From: Bacteroidales bacterium
GTDB lineage: Bacteria; Bacteroidota; Bacteroidia; Bacteroidales; VadinHA17
Length of the DNA: 64,000 nt
NCBI GenBank assembly: GCA_049792755.1
Contig: JBARBF010000079.1
Location: forward strand, 5,218 to 69,217
Direction: 5' to 3'
Both the position numbers and the translations under genes were made by a program. The notes beneath the pieces were generated by a model. It ran no database searches. It saw nothing but the letters and a program-made list of their open reading frames with translations, and was not told where the DNA came from. Of the stretch, positions 38,901-45,958 are shown one piece after another; the stretch's first letter is position 1; each line of letters starts with the position of its first letter.

Positions 38901-39181
38901 AAAAAGAATTTGCTGTCATGCTGGCTGCGGGCTTTCGTACAAAAAAAATCCGGAGAATGATTTTGTCTGAACAATTGAAAATTTTGATTGCCGGGGTACT
39001 GGCAGGAGTTATTTCAGCTCTTCTTGCTACTTCATCCTCAATAAAAAATTATCAGGATATTCCCTGGTTGTATTTGTCCCTGATGATTCTTGCAATAATT
39101 TTCACAGGTTTAATTACAATGTTTCTTTCAGTGCGATCAGTTACAAAAGGTACGCTGATCGCCAGCCTGAAAAAAGAATAG
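35918..39181 (+). CDS. very large FtsX-family ABC permease (two FtsX modules, large extracytoplasmic domains)
   Basis: 1087 aa. Ten or more hydrophobic helices fall in two clusters (~480-650 and ~960-1080). It lies immediately downstream of the ATPase gene. Confidence 0.8.
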   Translation: MPRELGIIIQSIKFYKKPVLYQVLIIVLLCAVITGSLLTGNSLRQSLKKSASERLGNADILISSGIRYFDDGLVQRMKNFSDILCTGVLEATGYCQNLNSQKGAFNTHIYGIGKDFFIFQGHDSLTIKPGEIAVNKQLADYLRLKPGDDLIIRFKAVSDIPADAPFAPGGDAGMSVVMRVGSILGPAHTGDFSLSISQITPMNIFMNLSDIDSDRGSNLRINRLIIKRKNNNSFKLAADVLKHFLRLNDIGLRLRSIEKTGENEIISDRIFIDKSVLKEITDLLPMSAPVITYLGNRFDDRNRSTPYSFISALPSSLYSGIAEGNEMIINRWMANDLSAKEGDTIKLYWYSPDSLNKLIEKSSDFIVKRIVDMKGIWSDSLLMPDFPGIAGKESCSDWDAGVPIKMHQIRTKDEDYWNKYRGTPKAFISYTTGRKIWGNNFGPATSIRYPAGMTKKAIENKLNGSLDPLKMGFMMTDLSGESVKAANESVDFSTLFLSLGFFLILSSLVLLSFAVSLYFDSKRIHISVLHALGFKSSRISRLLFIEAAFIGMAGCSIGTLSGYLVNIFITRALNTVWNGAVQTDTLKAYFNLSPLLSGFFLTLITILVLMFVKVKRFLKILNKSGKEIYSIPSGRKNRFFLIISSVVTVSLFLFSLLSGSRQISFSFASGTALLLTLVLLWRQYYIGSPDTNSGRIMNRKRLLHRYYSLNPSGAVTPILFIAAGIFTLFITGVNKMNSDEKMIKRAGGTGGYLLWCENTIPVKEDMNSESGKKSFGLDNDQLSDLSFVQMKKYSGNDASCLNLNHITTPPLIGIDPDDFIAKKSFSFSKVLDIKTFKNPWQYLNIPPENNTLYGIADQTVLDWGLKLKPGDTLILRAENGQPVRVIIAAGLQSSVFQGNLLIGKENFSRYFPSVSGSQIFLADGNNALTEQYKSTLEDRLERYGTYIEKTSSRLASFYKVTNTYLSVFSVFGAFGMIIGVAGLGFVLLRNYNQRKKEFAVMLAAGFRTKKIRRMILSEQLKILIAGVLAGVISALLATSSSIKNYQDIPWLYLSLMILAIIFTGLITMFLSVRSVTKGTLIASLKKE

Positions 39182-39188
39182 CAGAGGA

Positions 39189-40547
39189 TTATTTTTTCCC
39201 TACTGCGACCAGCCATTTCTGAGTTCTGAATATAATCATACCGTCTGTGATAGCAGGAGCTGTCATACAAATATCATTCAAAGGTATCTCAGCCAGAAGT
39301 TTAAAATCATCACCGTCTTTAACGATATAAACCGTTCCCACCTCATCTACAATAAATATCTTTCCATCTGAAGCAACAGGAGAAGCTATAAAGCTTTTTG
39401 TCTGGCCAAGTTTAGCATTATAAATTTCCTTGCCTGTAAGAGGATCGAGACAGATTAAGACTCCATTCCAGTTAACGTTGTAAAGATGATTTTTATAAAG
39501 CAGAAGGGTATGCATATATGAACCCCCTCTTGGCAAACTCCATTTCACGAATTCATTGGATGTTTCAGATTCCTTCAGTGTAATATCTCCAACAGCATTA
39601 GTCTTGACAGCAATTATTGGCGAACTTCTTCCGTGGGCACTGTTGAAATAGATCATATCATTTCCTATTATCGGAGTAGGTATCTGAATATCTCCTCCAC
39701 CTGACATTTTCCAGATCTCCTTTCCTGTCTGGAGATCATATCCGCCACGGTTCTTATAACCGTTTAGTACAACGTATGTTTTACCGGCATTTGTATATAT
39801 GTTTGGAGTGCACCACCCCGGATATTCGTCACGTTGAGTTTTCCAGAGTTCTTTTCCGGTTTTAACATCATATGCCGCAACAAAAGAGTTCTCAAGTACA
39901 TCACACTGGATTATCAAAATACCTTTATAAATTACAGGAGAACTGGCAAATTCCCATTCGGCGGACTTTACCATGAAAAACACTGATTTAAGCAACCCGA
40001 AGTTTTTCTGCCACAGAAGATTCCCTTTCATATTATAACAAAACAGACCTTCCGATCCGAAAAAGGCAACAACATATTTGCCATCGGTAGCAACTGATGA
40101 ATTAGCATGAGTGGATTTCGGATGACGTTTCATCCTGGGGATTCCTTTACAGGCTGTCTTCTCCCAAATTATTTTACCACTTTTCTTATCAATGCAGAAT
40201 ACTTTCCATTCATGAACCGATGAGTCCTGAACCGGTGATATATCTCCATATATCCCGGGTTTAAATCCTTCTTTGTCGGCCTGACTTATAGCACTGGTTA
40301 TGAATATTTTATTATCCCAGATCACCGGACTTGAAATTCCCATACCAGGGATCTCTTTCTTCCATTTTACATTTAGCATTTTAGAAAAATCAAATGAATC
40401 AGGAAGATTGGCGTTATCCAAAACCCCGGATGACATTTTTCCACGATATGAAGTCCATTGCCTGTCAGGATTAACCTGACATGAAACCTCATTTATTATT
40501 AAGATCAAAAAAAATACTATTAATAAGATTTCAAGAAATTTTTTCAT
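39189..40547 (-). CDS. secreted PQQ-like beta-propeller repeat protein (tandem paralogue 1)
   Basis: 452 aa with a signal peptide. Contains QWTSYRGKMSSGVLDN and RHPKSTHANSS, and ends ...TDGMIIFRTQKWLVAVGKK. Confidence 0.8.
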   Translation of the reverse strand: MKKFLEILLIVFFLILIINEVSCQVNPDRQWTSYRGKMSSGVLDNANLPDSFDFSKMLNVKWKKEIPGMGISSPVIWDNKIFITSAISQADKEGFKPGIYGDISPVQDSSVHEWKVFCIDKKSGKIIWEKTACKGIPRMKRHPKSTHANSSVATDGKYVVAFFGSEGLFCYNMKGNLLWQKNFGLLKSVFFMVKSAEWEFASSPVIYKGILIIQCDVLENSFVAAYDVKTGKELWKTQRDEYPGWCTPNIYTNAGKTYVVLNGYKNRGGYDLQTGKEIWKMSGGGDIQIPTPIIGNDMIYFNSAHGRSSPIIAVKTNAVGDITLKESETSNEFVKWSLPRGGSYMHTLLLYKNHLYNVNWNGVLICLDPLTGKEIYNAKLGQTKSFIASPVASDGKIFIVDEVGTVYIVKDGDDFKLLAEIPLNDICMTAPAITDGMIIFRTQKWLVAVGKK

Positions 40548-40571
40548 AGGTTAAATTATAAAGAAAATATG

Positions 40572-41930
40572 CTACTTTTTTCCCACGGCTATAAGGTAAT
40601 TCTGAGTTCTGAAGAAGATCATTCCATCAGTGATGGCAGGAGCTGTTAAACATACATCATTCATAGGTATTTCGGCAAGTTGTTTAAAAGAAACACCATC
40701 TTCGATAATGAAGACAGTTCCCTGTTCGTTGACAATGTATATTTTCCCGTCTGAAGCGACAGGAGAAGCAATAAAGCTTTGAGTATTTCCGAGTTTAGCA
40801 TTGTAAAGAATTTTTCCCGAGAGAGCTTCATAGCATACTATTGTACCGTTCCAGTTAACATTATAAAGATGATCTTTATAAAAAAGCAAAGTATGTATAT
40901 ATGAGCCTCCGTGAGGAATGCTCCATACAACATATTCGTTAAGAATACCTGTTGGTTTAGTCGTAATATCACCTGACGCATTTGTTTTAATTGCGTATAT
41001 AGGTGATGAAGGACCGTGGGCACTGTTGAAAAATATCAGATTGTCACCGGTAACCGGAGTCGGTATTGGAACATCTCCCCCGCCTGACATTCTCCATATT
41101 TCATTCCCTGTTTCAAAATCATATCCTCCACGATGTTTGTATCCATTTACTGCGATTCGTATTTTATCGCCGTCTTTATAAATATTTGGTGTACACCAGC
41201 AGGGATATTCATCTCTTTTGATTTTCCATTTTTCCTTTCCTGTTTTCAAATCGTAGGCAGCCAGAAATGAATTTTCCAGAACATCACATTGAATGATAAC
41301 AATACCATTATATATAATAGGTGAACTGGCAAACTCCCATTCGGCTGCGGGATAATCGTATGCAACAGATTTCAGCACTCCAAAATTCTTCTTCCAGATA
41401 AGATTTCCCTCATAATCATAACAATACAATCCTTCGGATCCGAAAAAGGCTACTGCAAATCTGCCATCGGTAGCCATTGAAGCATTTGCATGTGTCGATT
41501 TAGGATGACGTCTGATTTTAGGAATACCAGTGTATGCTGTTCTTTTCCATATTGTTTTACCTGAGTATTTATCAATACAGATAACTTTCCATTCATGAAC
41601 TGAGCTGTCAGCTACCGGCATACCTTCTCCGTAAATACCTGTCTTTATTCCCTGATTATCTGATTTACTTACTGAAGTTGTAATAAATAGTTTATCGCCC
41701 CAAATTACAGGGCTCGACAAACCAAGACCCGGTATCCTGGTTTTCCACCTGACATTTATCATTTTCCGGAAGTCAAATGATTCAGGGAGGTTAGCATTAT
41801 CGAGCACACCTGAAGCCAAATATCCCCTGAATCCTGTCCATTGACGTTCAGGCTTTATTTGTCCGTCAATGCATATTGTCAGAGTTAACAATGCAATAAT
41901 TGATCCTGCCGACAGTATATTGATTTTCAT
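40572..41930 (-). CDS. secreted PQQ-like beta-propeller repeat protein (tandem paralogue 2)
   Basis: 452 aa. By eye it is collinear with 39189-40547 without indels and roughly two-thirds identical. Contains QWTGFRGYLASGVLDN and RHPKSTHANAS. Confidence 0.8.
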   Translation of the reverse strand: MKINILSAGSIIALLTLTICIDGQIKPERQWTGFRGYLASGVLDNANLPESFDFRKMINVRWKTRIPGLGLSSPVIWGDKLFITTSVSKSDNQGIKTGIYGEGMPVADSSVHEWKVICIDKYSGKTIWKRTAYTGIPKIRRHPKSTHANASMATDGRFAVAFFGSEGLYCYDYEGNLIWKKNFGVLKSVAYDYPAAEWEFASSPIIYNGIVIIQCDVLENSFLAAYDLKTGKEKWKIKRDEYPCWCTPNIYKDGDKIRIAVNGYKHRGGYDFETGNEIWRMSGGGDVPIPTPVTGDNLIFFNSAHGPSSPIYAIKTNASGDITTKPTGILNEYVVWSIPHGGSYIHTLLFYKDHLYNVNWNGTIVCYEALSGKILYNAKLGNTQSFIASPVASDGKIYIVNEQGTVFIIEDGVSFKQLAEIPMNDVCLTAPAITDGMIFFRTQNYLIAVGKK

Positions 41931-42220
41931 ATTTTTACAGGGATTATTGCCCGGACATAACTGACACTTTAATTCTATTCAATATCCAGTTGATATATGA
42001 AATAAGTCTTATAAGCATTTCTAATTATGATAGCTGAGCTGATTTTTTTCTGTTAAAAGGCGTCAATTAATATGGATAGTTAAAAAACATCAGGTGTAAA
42101 AATAATCTAAATGTGCATTATGTCAGCAAAGCATTAAAATAAATTAATTATCATTGAAGATTATTGAATCCTATATTTAGGAGTTGTGAAAATCAAAACA
42201 TTTAATGATATATGCCTTAA

Positions 42221-44167
42221 ATGAACGTTAAAATTAATCATTTTATTAATCTGTTAATAATCTTTGGTTTTGGATTGATTCCAGCTATTATTTGCCAGTT
42301 TTTTACCGAAAAACCTGTCAGCAGGCATATTCATATAAGGAGTTTCAGGTATGGGAAGGATCCTTATGTTATAAGATGCAACAGGGGAGACACTCTTCTT
42401 TTGACTTTTTCAACAGACGATACCGGACATTCCTTTTTTCTGCAGGAGTTTGACATTGATGTCAAAATCAGCCCTTCCAGCGATGAGGTTACAGTTTTTA
42501 AAACAAGTGATCCGTCCAGTAGACCGGTTATTATGAAAGAAGTAACACTTGTAGCCAGGCATAACGGGATATATAATTACATAGTATCAAAAAGCAACTA
42601 CCGCTGCCATGTCTGGTGCGGGCCAATGCATGCATTTGAACAAGGCAAGCTTATCCTGTTGCCTAATACACTGCTGATATTCAGTCTTGGAAGCCTTATC
42701 GGGATATTTTTTATCTGGCTTGTAGCAATTTTCAGAAATGTCAAAAAGGAAAATATTACAGACAACGGGAAAGAAGGGTACAAAGATATATTATCGGGTC
42801 ACTCTTTCCTGAGGAAAATAGTTATATCGAGGTACACACAGGCGACTCTGACAATTATTACGATGGTAATGATTTACATTGTGATCCTGACTTCTGTTTT
42901 TGGCACCAAAGTTTCAGGGAGGAACATAGGAGTACTTCTGATGTGGGCCGTATGGTTATTTGCACTTGTAGCGGTTATTACCCCGTTTTTTGGAAGATTC
43001 TGGTGCACTATCTGTCCATTACCGTTTTTCGGTGATCTTATTCAGAGAAAATCATTCTTTAATCCGATTAAAGGCAAAACAAAAAAATATAACAATAAAT
43101 TTTCAGGGCTGTTCCTGAAGTGGCCAGAGTGGCTAAAAAATGACTGGTTAAGATTGCTGGTCTTTTTGATTCTTGCAACTTTTTCAACAACCCTGGTTGC
43201 AACTCCTTTTATTTCAGGTGTGACAGTAATTATGCTTATGGTTGTTCCAACGATTATGTCTGGAATATGGGAACTGAGAGCATTTTGTCGTTATGTGTGC
43301 CCGGTAAGTGTCTTTGTCGGACCTTTTTCGAGGATGAGTACATTATCGCTCAGAAATAAGTCGCAGGATGTCTGCGACCAGTGCAAGCCGCACTATTGTG
43401 AGAAAGGAAATACAGCAGGATGGGCTTGTCCATATGGCCTCAATGTCGGGAAAATGAGGGAGAACTCTGATTGCGGACTTTGCCTGGAATGTCTGAGAAG
43501 CTGCTCTTATAATAATGTATCTCTGTATGCCCGGCCTTTTGCGACAGAAAAAGGGTCACGGAATTTAAGTGAAGGATGGATGACGATGGCAAGTTTTACA
43601 ATTTCTATAATATATAGTATTCTGTACCTGGGACCGTGGCCTGTAGTTCGCGACTATGTAAACATTATGGATAAACATAACTGGGGTTTATTCGGGATAT
43701 ATACTCTTGTTATGTGGGCATTTGTTCTGATAATTGTTCCGGGGATTATATATCTCCTTTCATATGCCGGTTTGCGACTTTCAAAATATAAAAGATCCGT
43801 GAAACAGGTATTTCTTGAGAATGCGGGCTCCCTCCTTCCTTTCGCACTCATGAACTGGATAGCATTTGTAATTCCAATGCTATTCGTGAATGTTACTTTT
43901 ATAAAACAATCATTATCCGATCCGTTCGGATGGGGATGGGATTTTTTCGGAACAGCTAATACACCTTGGCATCAATTTATACCTCAATATATTCCCTGGC
44001 TTCAGGCAATAGCTGTACTGGCCGGGTTATACCTTAGTTTAAGAAACATCAGAAGGTCGGCCATAGTCCTTGAATTGAATCCAAAGAAGACTTTAATGCT
44101 TAGTTTACCGATAAGTTTTTTTCTGGCAGGTGTGACTACACTAATGTTGTTCTTCTTCACAAACTGA
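42221..44167 (+). CDS. membrane polyferredoxin (CX3CP family) with an N-terminal periplasmic CuA/COX2-like cupredoxin domain
   Basis: 648 aa. After the N-terminal TM come DDTGHSFFLQEFDIDVK and YRCHVWCGPMHAFEQGKLIL (C-x3-C-x3-H-x2-E). CX3CP motifs RFWCTICPLPFFGD and RAFCRYVCPVSVF follow. Fe-S motifs CDQCKPHYCEKG...CPYG and CGLCLECLRSC are present, with about 5 further TMs after them. Confidence 0.7.
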   Translation: MNVKINHFINLLIIFGFGLIPAIICQFFTEKPVSRHIHIRSFRYGKDPYVIRCNRGDTLLLTFSTDDTGHSFFLQEFDIDVKISPSSDEVTVFKTSDPSSRPVIMKEVTLVARHNGIYNYIVSKSNYRCHVWCGPMHAFEQGKLILLPNTLLIFSLGSLIGIFFIWLVAIFRNVKKENITDNGKEGYKDILSGHSFLRKIVISRYTQATLTIITMVMIYIVILTSVFGTKVSGRNIGVLLMWAVWLFALVAVITPFFGRFWCTICPLPFFGDLIQRKSFFNPIKGKTKKYNNKFSGLFLKWPEWLKNDWLRLLVFLILATFSTTLVATPFISGVTVIMLMVVPTIMSGIWELRAFCRYVCPVSVFVGPFSRMSTLSLRNKSQDVCDQCKPHYCEKGNTAGWACPYGLNVGKMRENSDCGLCLECLRSCSYNNVSLYARPFATEKGSRNLSEGWMTMASFTISIIYSILYLGPWPVVRDYVNIMDKHNWGLFGIYTLVMWAFVLIIVPGIIYLLSYAGLRLSKYKRSVKQVFLENAGSLLPFALMNWIAFVIPMLFVNVTFIKQSLSDPFGWGWDFFGTANTPWHQFIPQYIPWLQAIAVLAGLYLSLRNIRRSAIVLELNPKKTLMLSLPISFFLAGVTTLMLFFFTN

Positions 44168-44226
44168 TGATTGTCTATAGTATACGTTCATCAGGCAATT
44201 CTGTTGAAAAATAATTTGATCATAAA

Positions 44227-44268
44227 CTGACCATTTGAACAAATTAGTCAGAGAGATTGTTATATTTG
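44227..44268 (+). promoter_or_regulatory. candidate TetR operator overlapping a Bacteroidetes-type promoter
   Basis: Imperfect palindrome CTGACCATTTG-AA-CAAATTAGTCAG (44227-44251). It contains TTTG (44234-44237). A TAnnTTTG-type -7 box TATATTTG (44261-44268) lies 17 nt before the ATG at 44286. Confidence 0.35.
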
Positions 44269-44285
44269 CAACTTTTAAATTTAAA

Positions 44286-44912
44286 ATGAGCAGTATAAAA
44301 TCCGGTTCTGATAAAAGTGACAGAGTCAGGCTGATAATCGAAGCATCGCAGAGACGCTTCGGATTATACGGGATTGAGAAAACTTCGATGCGTGAAATTG
44401 CCGATGATCTTAAATTATCAAAGGCATCACTCTATTACTATTTTCCCGATAAAGAGAGCCTTTATTCTGCTGTAGTTAAGAAAGAACAAGCCGAATTTCT
44501 CGATAAGATTTCAGAGAGGATTTTAAGTTTCCATAAACCTGAACAATTGCTGCTGGAGTATGCTAACGGGCGCCTGTCATACTTCAGGACATTGCTGAAC
44601 CTTAGCAGATTAAGATTCGAAGACTATTCTGACCTCAAACCTGCATTCAGGGATACAATTCTGCTTTTTAAAGAAAAGGAAAAGGAGATTATTATAAAAA
44701 TATTTGAGAAAGGCATAAACAAAGGAATATTCTTTATTAAAGATACTGATTCAACTGCATCGCTTTTTCTCGACTTATTAAAGGGGCTCAGGATTTCTGT
44801 TGTTAATAATAAAAAAACCTTATTCATTGAACAGGAAGAGTTTGCAAAGCTGCTTGAAAACACAAACGCATTTACCAGAATATTCATTAACGGCTTAAAA
44901 TTCAAACATTAA
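44286..44912 (+). CDS. TetR/AcrR family transcriptional regulator
   Basis: The helix-turn-helix region is RFGLYGIEKTSMREIADDLKLSKASLYYYFPDKESLY. The ATG at 44286 is preferred to the track start at 44235. Confidence 0.88.
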   Translation: MSSIKSGSDKSDRVRLIIEASQRRFGLYGIEKTSMREIADDLKLSKASLYYYFPDKESLYSAVVKKEQAEFLDKISERILSFHKPEQLLLEYANGRLSYFRTLLNLSRLRFEDYSDLKPAFRDTILLFKEKEKEIIIKIFEKGINKGIFFIKDTDSTASLFLDLLKGLRISVVNNKKTLFIEQEEFAKLLENTNAFTRIFINGLKFKH

Positions 44913-44949
44913 GAAACAATTGACATTTAAATAAATTCAGAACAATCTT

Positions 44950-45954
44950 ATGAAAGAAGAAACAAAAAACAACAGGCTCAAAGTCTACATTCCGCTGGCA
45001 ATAGTTTTTATTATCGTGATAGCCGGTGCATGGTACTGGTACAGGGATTATTCGATGTACATAACTACGGATGATGCCCATGTGGATGCTGACAACGTCA
45101 GTGTAGCGTCAAAGATAATGGGCAGAATATCATCTGTTTATGCTGATGAAGGCTCTATTGTTAAAAATGGCGCGCTACTGGCTGACATCGACAGTACCGA
45201 TCTGGTTGCCCAGAGAAACCAAACACTTGCTGTCAGGGCCCAGTCTCAAGCCAATCTGGCCCAGGCTGAAGTCAAGTATAGTTCTGATCAGATGGGTATT
45301 AAAGTTCTGGAAATAAATCTTGACAGGGCAAGTGAAGATTTGACAAGAGCTAAAAAACAATCAGAAGGAGGCGTTATAACAACTGAACAGTTCGATCATA
45401 TTAAGAAATCATATGAATCTGCATCAGCGCAGATGGAGGCTGCAAAGGCTCAGCTACTGGTTTCAAAATCGATGATTTCAAGTGCCTCTGCTTCTGTTGA
45501 AACAGCCGGTGCACAGATTAAAGTGCTGGATGCACAGCTAAGGAATACAAGACTTTATGCTCCGGCAGATGGGATTGTTGCAAGGCGATGGTTACTGCCA
45601 GGCGATGTGGTTCAGCCCAGTCAGGCTGTGTTTACTCTTACAATCAGCAAAAACCTTTGGATCGTTGCCTTCCTTGAAGAAACAAAAATTTCGGATATTC
45701 ATATCGGACAAAATGTAAGGTATACTATTGATGCATTTCCTGATCTGAAATTTACAGGTAAAGTTTTTTTGGTCGGATCAAGTACTGCATCTGTTTTTTC
45801 CCTTATACCGGCCAATAATGCTTCCGGAAACTTTACAAAAGTCACCCAGAGAATTCCGGTCCGTATTTCGATAGATGGAACGCTGAATAATAAGAAAATT
45901 TCAACGCTGAACATTTTGTCCGGCATGTCAGCTGTGGTTAAGATTATAAAATGA
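44950..45954 (+). CDS. HlyD/EmrA-family membrane fusion protein
   Basis: 334 aa. It has an N-terminal TM, a coiled-coil region (QAEVKY...AKAQLL), then RLYAPADGIVARRWLLPGDVV. Confidence 0.85.
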   Translation: MKEETKNNRLKVYIPLAIVFIIVIAGAWYWYRDYSMYITTDDAHVDADNVSVASKIMGRISSVYADEGSIVKNGALLADIDSTDLVAQRNQTLAVRAQSQANLAQAEVKYSSDQMGIKVLEINLDRASEDLTRAKKQSEGGVITTEQFDHIKKSYESASAQMEAAKAQLLVSKSMISSASASVETAGAQIKVLDAQLRNTRLYAPADGIVARRWLLPGDVVQPSQAVFTLTISKNLWIVAFLEETKISDIHIGQNVRYTIDAFPDLKFTGKVFLVGSSTASVFSLIPANNASGNFTKVTQRIPVRISIDGTLNNKKISTLNILSGMSAVVKIIK

Positions 45955-45958
45955 CAAG

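Noticed and set aside
22472-41930. The propeller proteins as genuine PQQ-dependent quinoprotein dehydrogenases
   Set aside because: They are too short (370-560 aa). I see no PQQ biosynthesis genes, no cytochrome c partner, and none of the features I associate with quinoprotein alcohol or glucose dehydrogenases. 'PQQ-like' is used here only for the fold and repeat family.
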